64,000 nucleotides of DNA from an uncultured Verrucomicrobiae bacterium (GTDB lineage Bacteria; Verrucomicrobiota; Verrucomicrobiia; Limisphaerales; JAFGQR01). The notes under the pieces were generated by a model. It saw only the letters and a list, made by a program, of their open reading frames with translations, made no database searches and was not told the DNA's origin. The position numbers and the translations under genes are program-made. This document shows positions 29,965-41,833 of the stretch, one piece after another. The DNA lies in the NCBI GenBank assembly GCA_963788655.1, contig CAWBHS010000027.1:1-64000 (forward strand). The letters are read 5' to 3'. Position 1 is the stretch's first letter. Every line of letters begins with the position of its first letter.

Positions 29965-30054
29965 TGGCGGAAGGGGGGGGATTCGAACCCCCGAACGAGT
30001 TACCCCGTCTCCTGATTTCGAGTCAGGTACAATCAACCACTCTGCCACCCTTCC
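29965..30054 (-). tRNA. tRNA-Ser(CGA)
   Basis: Minus strand GGAAGGGTGGCAGAGTGG..CCTGA-CT-CGA-AA-TCAGG..long variable arm..GGTTCGAATCC..CCCTTCC-GCCA. Confidence 0.97.
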
Positions 30055-30399
30055 ATTGCGCTGGTTTATCCGGTGTTTCCGAACGGCCATCTCGACCGGT
30101 TCCGGAATAGTCACGTCAGCCGCAGCCGTCTTCTTAACGCCGCCGCCAAGATTTTCGGCCCGCACCAAACCAGCATCACGGGAGACGCTAACCGCAAATG
30201 TCCCCGGCAAGCAACTTGAAATTACGGAAATGGGCCATTTCAGTTGCGGCAATGAAGATTCTTTCCCTATACTTCGTCCATCATGTTACTTGACCGCAAT
30301 GTTCCCATCCCCTGGATGGGCTTGAATTCAAAGTAATCAACGTGCGAAGTATTGAGCAAAGCAAACAACTGCACCTGCAATTATTCTAAAATTATTCCC

Positions 30400-31908
30400 A
30401 TGAACAGTATCAGTCGTCGTCATTTTTTGGAAAAATCTCTCGTCACCGGAGCCGGACTGCTGGCCAGCCCTTATATCCTGCGGGGCGCATCGCCCAATGA
30501 AGCCATTGGGGTGGCCATCATCGGGGTCGGGGGACGGGGCAATAACCACATCAGCGAATACCTGGGTGACCGCCGCACCGAAATTCGTTGCATCGTCGAT
30601 GCGGACGAAAAGATCGCCGCCGCCCGGGCCGCCGCCATCGCCAAGAAACAAGATCGCCCCCCCAAAGTGCTCAGAGATATGCGCGAGGCGTTTGACCTGA
30701 AGGACGTGGATGTGATCAGCACGGCCACCCCCAACCATTGGCACGCCTTGACCGGTATTTGGGCCATGCAGGCGGGCAAGGATGCCTACGTGGAAAAGCC
30801 GATCTGCCACGACATCGCCGAAGGCACCGCGCTGGTGGCCGCGGCGAAGAAGTACAAGAAGATGTGTCAGGTGGGAACGCAGTGCCGTTCCAATCCGGCC
30901 ATTCAAAACGCCATGAAATTCCTGCACGACGGTGGGCTGGGCGAAGTAAAGCTGGCGCGCGGGCTTTGCTACAAGCGCCGCAGTTCCATCGGCCCGAAAG
31001 GCGATTACCCGATCCCGGCGGAAGTTGATTTCAATTTGTGGTCCGGTCCGGCGCCGTACACCAATCCCAAACTCACCCGCAAACGATTCCATTACGACTG
31101 GCACTGGCAACGCCTCTACGGCAACGGCGATTCCGGCAACCAGGGACCGCACCAAACCGACATTGCCCGCTGGGGCCTGGGCGTCAATTCGCATCCGCTC
31201 AGCGTGATCACTTACGGCGGCCGGCTGGGTTATCAGGCGGAGCGCAAGGATGACAATTACGTCGATGCCGGCGATACCGCCAACACGGAAATCGCGATTT
31301 ACGACTACGGCGATAAAACCATGGTGTTCGAAACGCGCGGTCTCTCTGTCGATAAGTCCGCCGACGAGGAAATCAATAAATTGTTCCAGAGCACCAAAGG
31401 CAACAAGATTGGCGTCATTTTCTACGGCACCAACGGATATCTGGTGCAGAAGAGCTACGATCACTGCATTGCGTACGACAAGCAGTTCAACGTCATCAAG
31501 GAATTCAAAGGCGGTGGGAATCATTTCCGCAATTTCATTGATGCCTGTCTCAGTCGGAAAGCGGCCGACCTGCACGCTGACGCTTGGGAAGGACACCTCT
31601 CCGCCGCCCTGGCCCACCTGGCGAACATCTCCTATTACCTGGGGGAAAACCACCATGTGTCACCGGAAGAAGCCAAACGCGTCCTGGACAAAATCAAGAG
31701 CCACGACGATAACCTCAAGACCCTCGACCGCACCATCCAGCACCTGAAAGACAACGGAGTGGATCTGGCGAAATATCCGATCTCTCTGGGACCGTTCCTC
31801 AAGTTCGATCCGGCGCGCGAAGTCTTCCCGGATTCTCCGGCAGCCACCGCCATGGTGAGCCGGAAGTATCGCGATGGCTTCGTCTGTCCCACGGCGGACA
31901 AAGTCTGA
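30400..31908 (+). CDS. Gfo/Idh/MocA family oxidoreductase with Tat signal
   Basis: SRRHFL, IIGVGGRG, ATPNHWH, YVEKP. Confidence 0.93.
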   Translation: MNSISRRHFLEKSLVTGAGLLASPYILRGASPNEAIGVAIIGVGGRGNNHISEYLGDRRTEIRCIVDADEKIAAARAAAIAKKQDRPPKVLRDMREAFDLKDVDVISTATPNHWHALTGIWAMQAGKDAYVEKPICHDIAEGTALVAAAKKYKKMCQVGTQCRSNPAIQNAMKFLHDGGLGEVKLARGLCYKRRSSIGPKGDYPIPAEVDFNLWSGPAPYTNPKLTRKRFHYDWHWQRLYGNGDSGNQGPHQTDIARWGLGVNSHPLSVITYGGRLGYQAERKDDNYVDAGDTANTEIAIYDYGDKTMVFETRGLSVDKSADEEINKLFQSTKGNKIGVIFYGTNGYLVQKSYDHCIAYDKQFNVIKEFKGGGNHFRNFIDACLSRKAADLHADAWEGHLSAALAHLANISYYLGENHHVSPEEAKRVLDKIKSHDDNLKTLDRTIQHLKDNGVDLAKYPISLGPFLKFDPAREVFPDSPAATAMVSRKYRDGFVCPTADKV

Positions 31909-31926
31909 ACCGCATTTTTTATCCTG

Positions 31927-31969
31927 GGCGGAGTCGCGATCCCCAAGCACGCGACTCCGCCTGTTTTTT
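31927..31969 (+). terminator. Rho-independent terminator
   Basis: ggcggagtcgcg-loop-cgcgactccgcc-tgtttttt. Confidence 0.8.
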
Positions 31970-32070
31970 GGGGGGAAACGTGGTGCCGGCAATCCGCCAC
32001 AGTTTCCCGTGGAGGGCAGACCTTTTTGCCGCCCTTGCTTGGAGCCGCTCCCTTCAATACGATCCCGGCC

Positions 32071-34902
32071 ATGAAACGACTTCTCACGGTGCTCACCATT
32101 GTTGCCGCGTTCGCCGGGAACGCGCGCGCGGCCACACCCAATCGTTGGAGAGCGGTCCTCTCACCCGCAGGCAGTGTGCGGCTGGAGCGCGACGGTAAGG
32201 AACTGGGCACGATGCGGCCCGGGCTGTTCGAGGTGCCTTGGCGATTCGCGAGCCTCAACGCCGGCAAGCCCGGGGCCGCCGCCAGTGACGGGGTGTATCG
32301 CGGCCAGATTAACGCACCCAGCGGCCCATCCGTGGACACGGAGTTGCGCACGACCAGTCAAGCAGCGGGTGGACGGTTCGAATATCGACTGACGCCGCAG
32401 CGCGAATTGAAACTAAACAGCCTGAATGTCACGCTGACTCTGCCTTCCGCAGCCTGGACGGGCGGAAAACTTTCCGCGGATGGCAAGGAGATCATGTTCC
32501 CGTCGCAGCTCAAGGACATGCAACTGTGGTCCGCACCGACCAAGTCGCTGCAAATTGCCACGCCAGACGGTGCGGCACTACGACTCGATTTTGCCGAACC
32601 GGCCCTCGTGCTGGTGCAGGACGACCGCCAGTGGGGCGAAACGTTTTCGGTGCGGATGGAATCGGTGAAGGCTCCGGAAACCTGGCCGGCAGGCCGCACG
32701 ATGGCATTGACTTTCACGCTGAACGCACCCGACGGCGTGACGATCGAAGAAGACGGACCGGTAACCATTCGCGCCGGCGATGAATGGCTGCCGCTGGAGG
32801 CGAGCCTCGATATCGAGCCGGGGTCGGCCCTGGACTTCAGCAGCCTCGTTCCGCGTCATGCACTCGCGGGTCAATTCGGCCGTGTCATTGTCAATTCACA
32901 GGGCAAGTTCGCGTTCGAGCGCCGTGCGCAAACTGCTGCGCGCTTCTACGGCGTTAACCTCTGTTTCTCGGCACAATATCTCCCGCACGAACCGGCCGAT
33001 CGGCTGGCTGAGCGATTGGCCCGCCTCGGCTACAACGCGGTGCGGATTCACCATTACGAAAGCGAACTGGTTGAGCGCGGGCCGGGAAACGCGGGTCAAT
33101 TGAAACCAGACAAGCTGGACCAGTTCGACTATTTGTTCGCCGCGCTCAAGCGGCACGGCATTTACGTCACCACCGACTTGTTCGTGTCGCGGCCGGTCGC
33201 CCTGGCCGACATTTACGACGGCGAGTCGGGCAACATCGGGATGGATGAGTTCAAGATGGCGGTTCATGTCAATGAACGTGCGTTCGAGAACTACCAGACG
33301 TTTGCCCGCGCCCTGCTCGGCCATGAGAATCCTTACACCAAACTCCGCTACGCCGATGACCCGGCGCTGGCGTGGCTCAGTCTGGTGAACGAAGATTGCC
33401 CCGGCAACTTCATCGCCCGCCTCAAGGGCAAACTCCGTGACGACTGGCAGCGTGCATGGAATCGCTGGCTCGTAGCGCATTATCCCGACCGTACCGAATT
33501 GGCCCGCGCGCTCGGCAATCTGCGCGACGGCCAAGACCCAAAGAAAAACACCGTGCCGCTGCAAAACACTTATGGCCGCGAGCCAAGCACCGTCGTGTTC
33601 AACGTTTTTCTCGCTGAAGTTGAGCGTGATTTCTTCGAGCGCACGCGCAAATTCCTGCGCGATGAGCTGAACTGCCAGGCGTTGCTGACCGATTGCAACG
33701 CCTGGAGCAACCCCGTCCAGATGCAGGCGGTGCGCGGCGCGTTCGATTACGTGGACGACCATTTCTATGTGGACCATCCGCAATTCATCGAGCGCCCGTG
33801 GTCGTTGCCGTCGCGCTGTCCCAACACCAGCCCGATTGCCGAGGGCGCGCGCGGCGGACGCGGTTGCGCGTTCACCCGATTGTTTGGCAAACCGTTCACG
33901 ATCACCGAATTCAACTACGCCTCGCCCGGACGCTTCCGCGGCGTCGGCGGCATCCTCACCGGAGCGCTCGGCGCGTTGCAGGATTGGGACGGGCTGTGGC
34001 GATTCGCCTACAGCCACAGCCGTGATAACGTCGCCCGACCCGGGGCGATGAACTACTTCGATGTTGCCAGCGATCCCTTGAACCAGGCGGCCGAGCGCGC
34101 GAGCCTCTGCCTGTTTCTCCGTGGCGACATCCAACCAGCCAAACACGCCGTTGCCCTCGTCGCTACCACGGAGGAATTGCTGGGTTCGCCGAAAACCTCC
34201 CGTGACAAAACGCCATCGTGGCAAGGTCTGGCGTGGCTCACGCGTGTTGGTTGGGTCATTGGAAAGGACGAAAAACTCAGTCCGGATGTGCTCGCGCTTC
34301 CCTTTGCCGATGGCCAAGTCATGAATGGCGACCAAACCATTCTCAAAGCCCTGCAGAGCCGGCGCTGGTTGCCGGAGAATAGTGCCACGCAATTTGGACA
34401 GAACCGATTCCAGAGTGAGAACGGCGAAGTCACGATTGACGCTCCGAAAAACATCCTCACCCTCGATACGCCGCTGACCGCCGGCGGCTTTGCGCCCGCT
34501 GGACAGAAAATCGAGACGCGCGCTGCGCGCATCGAAGTGCTCGACACGGACGCGACCGTCTGGGTCAGCAGTCTCGACGGCAAGCCCATCGCTACAAGCC
34601 AACGGCTGCTGATCACGCACCTCACCGATCTGCAGAACAGCGACACCCGCTATGGCGACCGCGCGCGCCAGGTGCTGCTGGCATGGGGTCATCTGCCACA
34701 ACTCGTCCGTGCCGGTCGGGCCGTCGTTGCGCTTCACCTCGCCAACGCCAATCGAGCGAAGGTCTATTCCCTCGCCCTCACCGGCAAGCGCCTCGGCGAA
34801 GTCGCGACCGACGTCGGCGATGACGGCACATTTTCAATTCCGCTTTCCGTCGCCGCGGATGGCAAAGCCCGAATGCTTTACGAGGTGGAAATTCGCAACT
34901 GA
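32071..34902 (+). CDS. Secreted clan-A (GH5-like) glycoside hydrolase
   Basis: Signal peptide; RFYGVN, GYNAVRIHH, LVNED (acid/base), DHFYVDHP, FTITEFN (nucleophile). Confidence 0.8.
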   Translation: MKRLLTVLTIVAAFAGNARAATPNRWRAVLSPAGSVRLERDGKELGTMRPGLFEVPWRFASLNAGKPGAAASDGVYRGQINAPSGPSVDTELRTTSQAAGGRFEYRLTPQRELKLNSLNVTLTLPSAAWTGGKLSADGKEIMFPSQLKDMQLWSAPTKSLQIATPDGAALRLDFAEPALVLVQDDRQWGETFSVRMESVKAPETWPAGRTMALTFTLNAPDGVTIEEDGPVTIRAGDEWLPLEASLDIEPGSALDFSSLVPRHALAGQFGRVIVNSQGKFAFERRAQTAARFYGVNLCFSAQYLPHEPADRLAERLARLGYNAVRIHHYESELVERGPGNAGQLKPDKLDQFDYLFAALKRHGIYVTTDLFVSRPVALADIYDGESGNIGMDEFKMAVHVNERAFENYQTFARALLGHENPYTKLRYADDPALAWLSLVNEDCPGNFIARLKGKLRDDWQRAWNRWLVAHYPDRTELARALGNLRDGQDPKKNTVPLQNTYGREPSTVVFNVFLAEVERDFFERTRKFLRDELNCQALLTDCNAWSNPVQMQAVRGAFDYVDDHFYVDHPQFIERPWSLPSRCPNTSPIAEGARGGRGCAFTRLFGKPFTITEFNYASPGRFRGVGGILTGALGALQDWDGLWRFAYSHSRDNVARPGAMNYFDVASDPLNQAAERASLCLFLRGDIQPAKHAVALVATTEELLGSPKTSRDKTPSWQGLAWLTRVGWVIGKDEKLSPDVLALPFADGQVMNGDQTILKALQSRRWLPENSATQFGQNRFQSENGEVTIDAPKNILTLDTPLTAGGFAPAGQKIETRAARIEVLDTDATVWVSSLDGKPIATSQRLLITHLTDLQNSDTRYGDRARQVLLAWGHLPQLVRAGRAVVALHLANANRAKVYSLALTGKRLGEVATDVGDDGTFSIPLSVAADGKARMLYEVEIRN

Positions 34903-35009
34903 ATTCGCCGCTGGCCAGCCGCATGAGCTTGGCGCCGGAGCGCATGGGGAAGCGAGCAAAGGCTTCGGAGAGATGCCAGTGGCTAAGAAGAAGCAATCGA
35001 TGGGGCAGA

Positions 35010-35468
35010 CTACGGCGGGAGGAAAACCGAAGTGTATCCTGCGACCAGCGCAAACTGGTGTTGCTGGCGATCGGAGGTCACGAAATGGTCGAAGCCAAAT
35101 TCCATTATCGCCACATGCAGCAGGTCGGCGGTGCGAACAGGTTGGGTGAGGCCGTGTTTCCGGGAGAGTTCTGCGACAGCGTCAAACACTTCGTCGTAGT
35201 CCACATCGAGAAAACCAAGCTGGCCCGTTTGGAGATGTTGCTCAAAAAACGCCAGACCTGCTTGATACTGCGCCGGCGTCAACAGCGGTTGGCCGGAGAC
35301 ATCGCGCAGCCACGTTTTCCGCCGCACGACATGGAGGATTTCAATCTCGTTGAATCGCGACAACAAAGCCGGCGGTTCGTACTGCTGAAGCAAGGTGAAA
35401 GCCGCTGGCGAGTTAGGTTCGGGCCAGTAGAGTTTGAAGAGAAATCCGCTGTCGAAGTACGCCCTCAA
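35010..35468 (-). CDS. VapC-like PIN-domain toxin
   Basis: YFDSGFLFKLY..E..RTADLLHVA..FVTSDRQQ. Confidence 0.9.
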   Translation of the reverse strand: MRAYFDSGFLFKLYWPEPNSPAAFTLLQQYEPPALLSRFNEIEILHVVRRKTWLRDVSGQPLLTPAQYQAGLAFFEQHLQTGQLGFLDVDYDEVFDAVAELSRKHGLTQPVRTADLLHVAIMEFGFDHFVTSDRQQHQFALVAGYTSVFLPP

Positions 35469-35725
35469 AACCGGTCTTCCTTGTCCTGGCCAAGTAATTC
35501 CGTGGCGGTGGGGCCTTGCGCTGGGCCGTTCGGGAAATGCAGTTTCCAGTGCGCTGGGTAGTCAGGCCATCGGGCGGCACGAGGGCGGTTTCCACCTTTG
35601 CGTGGCGCCTGGAGCACAACCCATGGCCGACCATCGTGGGTCACGAGGATGCTCTCGCCGGCACTGGCCATCTCGGCAAACTTCCCGAAATGCTGCTCAG
35701 CCTCTTGCGCAGTGATCGTCTTCAC
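35465..35725 (-). CDS. Phd/YefM-type antitoxin
   Basis: GTG start; KTITAQEAEQHFGKFAEMASAGESILVTHDGRPWVVL; overlaps vapC start. Confidence 0.85.
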   Translation of the reverse strand: MKTITAQEAEQHFGKFAEMASAGESILVTHDGRPWVVLQAPRKGGNRPRAARWPDYPAHWKLHFPNGPAQGPTATELLGQDKEDRF

Positions 35726-36268
35726 AAAAGCAGAATCGTCTTGCGGGGTTGGATTGTAAAGACTCGGATTGTGTAGCGGAAGCCTATCCCACCACCCTGC
35801 TCCGGACTCCCTCGTTGCCACCAATTGTAATGGGGAAACCCTTCGCTCTGGTTTGCGGCCAGGTCCATCAACTCCACATCGTCGAAGAACAGCCAAAACA
35901 GCCGGCCTTCGGCCAGCGTCGTCATCCCGAAACTGAGCGTCGCGCCGACCACTCCGTCCGGAGCCATGTCGGGCAGGACCATGTCTCAGCCACGAGAATC
36001 GGTCATCATCGGCACAATCTCTATCGATTACGCGCGCGACACGCAGCGCGCAATGAGCGGGTTACGAGCGTTGATCTGTATTTCCGCTCGGCACTGGCAG
36101 ACCATGGCACATGTCAGGTTGGAATTTAGAGTCAAGAGGGTTCGCATTACCAAACGAAGGCACGGCAAATCTTGAACCGGCAGCAGTAGGTAGTTACGCT
36201 CTGCCAAGTAATTCACTGATGCGTGTCGGCCTGAAGCTCGTTTTGTAGAGTTTTCCGTCGGCGCTCCA

Positions 36269-39200
36269 ATGTTCAAAGTCTGTATGAAAATGTCAGCCAA
36301 CGTCCAACAGCCAACTTACGAACCGGCCGTTATTCCGCTCTTTGGCCAGTCAATCCGGAATTCTGCCGAAAGTTGCACCAGCGCAAACTGGCTTTGGAGA
36401 GACGGTTCGGTGGTTCCCCGGGGGTTGGGCTTTTTGGCGATCCTGTGGATGGCTTTGGTGGCGCCGGACGTCGCCCAGGGCAGCCCCGCGGCAGCCATCC
36501 CTAATCTCGAGGTTCTCCAGGGCGCGTTCGGCGACGAAGACGCCGCCGCATTTCGCGAACCTTCCCGGGTTTTTCACCCTGAAACTTGGTTTCACTTCAT
36601 CGGCGGGAACGTCGCCACGCAAGGCATCACCGCGGACCTGGAGGCAATCGCCGGCGCCGGGATCGAGGGCGTTCAACTGTTTCACGGGCAGTTCGGCGGA
36701 CCCTGGCCGGGCGTCGCGCCGCAAATCAAGTGTCTGAGCGAGCCGTGGAACGGAGCAGTACGCCACGCAGCAGAAGAGTGCCGGCGGCTTGGTCTGCGCT
36801 TCACGATGCAGAATTGCCCGGGCTGGGCAATGGCGGGCGGGCCGTGGATCACGCCGGACAAGGCGATGCGGCATCTGGTGTGGAGCCGCAGTGACGTGCC
36901 CGGCGGCAGCAACGTGAACATCGCCCTGCCACAACCGCAGCCGAGCCGCGAGGCGTGGCGCGATTACCGCGAGGTCGCGGTAGTGGCCTTCCCAACACCG
37001 GACGGAGACACGGGCAAAGCGCTGGTGCCCGTGTCAGTGAAAAGCAACCGGGACGATTTGCCTTGGGAAAAATGCCTGCGCAATGAACAGGACGGGAAAA
37101 TTGTTCTCGAACCGAGTAAGGAGCCGGTCTGGGTGGAAGTCACTTTCAAGGACGCGGTGACGCTCCGGACGGTCGAGTTTCCGTCGGTCCAGGGCTTCAA
37201 TCATCAATGGTGCTATGTCCCCGGCGTGACGGTCACGGTGCAGGCGGTGTTGCCGGAGGGAATGCGCGAAGTCGCACGTCACGAGATGCCGGAGAGCAAT
37301 TGGCAAGACAACAAACCGATCTCGCTGGCGTGTTCGGAAGTGCCGGCCAGGACTTACCGCATCATCATTGATAACCAGCACACCATGAGCTTGCCCTACC
37401 TCCAGCTTTTCACGGTTGCGCGGAAGAATAATTGGGAAGCCGAGGCAGCGTTCACCCTGCGCGGCTTGGATCGCGCGCCGCACCCACGGCAGGCGATGTC
37501 GGCATGGATCGATCCCGCGCGGATCGTGGATCTGACGGAGAAGATGGATGCCGGGGAACGCTTGCGCTGGAAAGCGCCGGCCGGCCACTGGACGGTGCTG
37601 CGTTGGGGTCACGTGAACACCGGCAGACGCAACGGGCCGGCGCCACCCGAGGCGACGGGTTGGGAGTGCGACAAACTCTCCCCGGTCGGTGCCGACACGC
37701 ACTTCGCCGGATACATCGGAAGGCTCTCGGCCAAGAACGGACCGGTTGGCGGCGGGCTGATGCAAGGCATGGTGCTCGACAGTTGGGAATGCGAGACGCA
37801 GACATGGACGCCGGGCATGGATGGGCAATTCGCGCGGTTGCGCGGTTATCCGCTACGGGCGTGGTTCCCGGCGCTGGCGGGATATGTCGTCGGTGATCCC
37901 GAAACCACTGACGCGTTTCCTGCGCGACTGGCGGGCGACGGTGAACGATCTGCTGGTCGAGAATTTCTTCGGGCGCATGGCAGCGTTGGGGCACAAGAAC
38001 GGCTTGGCGATCTCGTTTGAAACAGCCTCGGGAGACGTGTTCCCCGGCGACATCCTCGAGTATTACAAATACGCCGACGTGCCGATGTGCGAGTTCTGGC
38101 AACCGAGGACCGAAGCCTTCGTCGGCAGCTTCGAGTTCAAACCAGTCAAGCCGTGCGTGTCCGCGGCGCGGATGTACGGCAAGCCACGCGTGGCGGCCGA
38201 GTCCTTCACGTCGTTCAACCTGACGTGGAACGAACATCCCGGCATGTTGAAGCACATCGCGGATATCCACTTCGCCGAAGGCGTCACTCACTTGGTATTC
38301 CACACCTACACCCACAACCCGCGCACGGATTGGCTGCCGCCGGGCACGGCGTTCGGTTCGGGGATCGGCACGCCGTTCCTGCGCGGTCAAACCTGGTGGC
38401 GGACGATGCCGGAGTTTACGACGTATCTGGCCCGGTGTAGCTATTTGCTGGAGCGCGGTCGCCCAGTGTCGGACGTGCTTTGGTATTTGGGCGACGAGCA
38501 GGATCACAAGCCGCCTCAGAATGCGCTTTTTCCCGCCGGATTCCGTTATGACTACTGCAATCCGGATGTCCTGCTCCATCGTTTGTCGGTGATTGATGGC
38601 AAGATCGTCACGCCGGAAGGCTTGCGCTATCGCGTGCTGTGGTTGCGCGATTGTCCCCGCATGTTGCCGGAGACGCTCGAACGGATGTTATCGCTCGTGA
38701 AGCAAGGGGCAGTGCTGGTCGGCGAGCGACCGCAGGGCTTGGCCACTCTGAGCGGCGGGGCTCGTTCTGAGAAACGGTTTCGCAGTGCTGTCAAGGCGCT
38801 TTGGGGCCGCGATGCGGCTGTGAACGGGTTACGGCAGGTGGGGAAAGGAAGTGTGATCGCCGGGATATCTCTGGGCGACGCGCTGGCAAAACTCGGCCTC
38901 GAACCCGATGTCGAAGGCGATGGCGTGGTCTGGACGCACCGGCAAACGGAGGGCGCCGACTGGTACTTCGTGGCGGCTTCGTCACCACAAGGTTTTCGCG
39001 GCACGCTCCGGTTCCACGCCGTCGGCGCGGTCGAATTGTGGAATCCGCTCACGGGCACGGCGACATCCGCCGGGGTGGTGCGACGGGATGCAGACACGAG
39101 CTTGGTCGCGCTGGAACTTCCGCCGTCCGGATCGGTCTTCGTCGTGTTCCGGGGCGCCGGCCAGACGACCTCGAACCACGTCGTCCGGCTCGAACACGAT

Positions 39201-40121
39201 GGCGCGACCGTGGCGGACGCGCAGGCGACGCGTAAAGTGGCGAGTGGTCTGCAGGTGGTTTCCGCCAGCTACGGTGATCCCGCAAATCCCGCGCGGCGGA
39301 TGGATGTGACCGACCTTGTCCGCCAGGACTTGTCGCGTGGCCTGACCACGATCGCCGCCAACAATGACTGGGCCGGCGGCGATCCGGCCTTGAAGACAGT
39401 CAAGAAGCTGTGGGTCGTGATCCGACTACCAAACGGACAAGCGAAGCACCTCGAGGCCACCGAAGGCGAGACGCTGCCCGTCGTTGACCCGGCTCCCGCG
39501 CCGCGACCCGCGTGCGACATTTTGGACGGTGGCACCCGACTGCTAGCCTGGGAGTCGGGCGTTTACCGCGAGACCCGAGAGGACGGAACATCTTCTAAAT
39601 GGGAGACCCAGGCACCGAGAGTTGTCTCACTGACGGGACCTTGGACCCTGGCTTTCCCGGCTGGCTGGGGCGCGCCCGAATCACTGCGGGTGGGCAAACT
39701 AAAGTCTTGGACGGAGTTGAATCTTTCTCCCGAGGCGCGGGCGTTTTCCGGAACGGCAACGTACACCACCGAATTTACCTTGGACCCGCTTTCGAAGGAT
39801 TCGCGTATGGAACTTGACCTGGGGCGCGTGGAGGTCATCGCCAGCGTGCGTCTCAACGGCGAACCAGTCGGGACCGTTTGGACGCCGCCATACCGGCTGG
39901 ACGTAACCCGACTGGCGAAGCCCGGCGTCAACCGCCTCTCGGTGGAAGCAACCAGCACCTGGTTCAACCGACTGGTTTACGACGCGGGGCAGGACGAAAA
40001 AGCGCGTAAGACGTGGACCATCAGCGGTCCCGCCAAAGGCAGGGCTCTTCGACCCGCGGGCCTCTTGGGTCCGGTGACCGTGCGGATCGGCCAAACGCTG
40101 ACTACGCGCGACCGTCGATAG
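36269..40121 (+). CDS. GH106-like alpha-L-rhamnosidase (frameshift near 37910; start uncertain)
   Basis: PETWFHFIGGNV, GWAMAGGPWI, GWECDKLS, DSWE, VPMCEFW, AAESFT, LDLGRVEVIA, GLLGPV. Confidence 0.85.
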
Positions 40122-40330
40122 ACGTTTTCCTGATAGGTTATAATCGTGAAACACGCTCGCACCCAAACCTGAGCTTCCCATAGTCTGTCCCTCTCGCTAA
40201 GTTGCCGCCGTGAAATTGACTAGAACCGAACGGGCGACAGTGAAAGCGGCAGCAATAGCGCGCGCCGCTCGCACCATCCTCCAATGAGCCTTCGCCATCC
40301 GACGCTTTCCCCGGCCCAGACTTTCCCGCT

Positions 40331-41833
40331 ATGTCCAATTCCCAAGTCCTGAAACTCCTTCGCGCGTATGAATCCCGCAACGTTACCTATATCGAACCGG
40401 ACGGTTCGTGGCCCATCGTGTGGGAACGCGCCCAAGGCGTCCAGGTGTGGGATGCCGACGGAAACAAGTATCTCGACCTGACCGCCGCATTTGGCGTGGC
40501 GGCGGCGGGCCATGCCAATCCCCGCGTGGTCCGCGCCGGCCAGCAACAAATGGGCAAACTCCTCCACGCGATGGGCGACGTACACCCGCACGCGCTCAAA
40601 GCGCAACTGGCACGCGAACTCAGCCGGTTGACGTTCGAACGCTGGGCGGCCCTCGAGCGCAAGGAGGCAAAATCCCAAACCCAGCCGGGCGCCAGCACGG
40701 GCAAGGTGATATTCGGCAACTCGGGCTTCGAAGCCGTGGAAGCCGCGTTGAAAACCGCCCTGCTAGAGACAGGCAAACCGGGCGTGATTGCTTTCGAAGG
40801 CGCGTATCATGGATTGGGCTACGGAGCGTTGAACGCCACGCACCGTTCCCTGTTCCGGGGCCCCTTTCAGACGCAACTTGGCAAGTTTGGTCACTTCGTG
40901 CCTTTCCCTGGTGGCGAATACGTCGCGGCGGACGGGCGCACTGTCACGTCCCCGGAAGTTACGTTAGAACGCATCCAATGGATGATCCGCCAATTGTTTC
41001 ATCAACATCCGATCGGCGCCATTTTGATGGAACCGGTCCAAGGACGCGGCGGCCTACGGGTGCCCCCACCGGAATTCCTGCCGGCGTTGCGCGAGTTGTG
41101 CGATGAACACGGCGCACTGTTGATTGCCGACGAAGTCTATACCGGGTTTGGGCGTACGGGACGCTGGTTTGCCTGCGAACATACCGGGACGGTGCCGGAC
41201 CTGATCTGCCTGGGCAAAGCCTTGACCGGCGGCTTTCCACTTTCAGCTTGTGTCGGCCGGGCTGATCTCATGGATCAAGCCTGGCCGCCGACGGCCGGCG
41301 AGGCCATTCACACCAGCACGTTCCTGGGGCATCCGGTGGGATGCGCCATGGCGCTGGCGCAACTCAAGGAGATCGAACGCAAAAAACTGGTCGATCGCAG
41401 CACCAGTCTGGGCAAACACCTGCTCGACCTGCTGGCCCATCTGAACGTGCCGCCATCTTCGCTCGAATTGTCCGCGCGAGGATTGGGATTGATGGTGGGC
41501 CTGGAACTTAAGCACCAGGACAGCACACCGGCGACTGACGTTGCGTTGCAGACCATCAAGGCGATGTTGCACCGCGGCTTCATCCTGCTGCCCGAAGGCG
41601 AAGATGCAAACGTGATCGGTTTCACACCACCGTTGACCATCACCGAACGGCAATTGGCCGGCGCCGTCCGTGCCTTGCAAGCGGTATTGGCGGACGACGG
41701 TTGGCCGGGACGTTCGCCCGCGGCGTCACGACGATCACGACGGCGGACGCCGGCACGCAGAACCAAGGCGGTTTCCCGGAAACGTCCGGCAACGTCCAAC
41801 CCGACGGAGCCGCTCCCGCCTATTTCCGCATGA
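40331..41833 (+). CDS. Class III PLP-dependent aminotransferase
   Basis: DADGNKYLDL, EPVQGRGG, LIADEVYTGFGRTG, PDLICLGKALTGG. Confidence 0.93.
   Translation: MSNSQVLKLLRAYESRNVTYIEPDGSWPIVWERAQGVQVWDADGNKYLDLTAAFGVAAAGHANPRVVRAGQQQMGKLLHAMGDVHPHALKAQLARELSRLTFERWAALERKEAKSQTQPGASTGKVIFGNSGFEAVEAALKTALLETGKPGVIAFEGAYHGLGYGALNATHRSLFRGPFQTQLGKFGHFVPFPGGEYVAADGRTVTSPEVTLERIQWMIRQLFHQHPIGAILMEPVQGRGGLRVPPPEFLPALRELCDEHGALLIADEVYTGFGRTGRWFACEHTGTVPDLICLGKALTGGFPLSACVGRADLMDQAWPPTAGEAIHTSTFLGHPVGCAMALAQLKEIERKKLVDRSTSLGKHLLDLLAHLNVPPSSLELSARGLGLMVGLELKHQDSTPATDVALQTIKAMLHRGFILLPEGEDANVIGFTPPLTITERQLAGAVRALQAVLADDGWPGRSPAASRRSRRRTPARRTKAVSRKRPATSNPTEPLPPISA

Noticed and set aside
32896..34737. Long antisense ORFs (613 aa here; also 7875-9224, 30337-31656, 50041-51444)
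   Set aside because: Shadow frames of GC-rich genes on the opposite strand with no recognisable motifs
35722..36110. Minus-strand ORF fragments upstream of the antitoxin
   Set aside because: Possibly a decayed gene, but no family could be supported
40200..40260. Hairpin gttgccgc...gcggcagc upstream of the aminotransferase as a riboswitch
   Set aside because: No conserved aptamer motif recognisable
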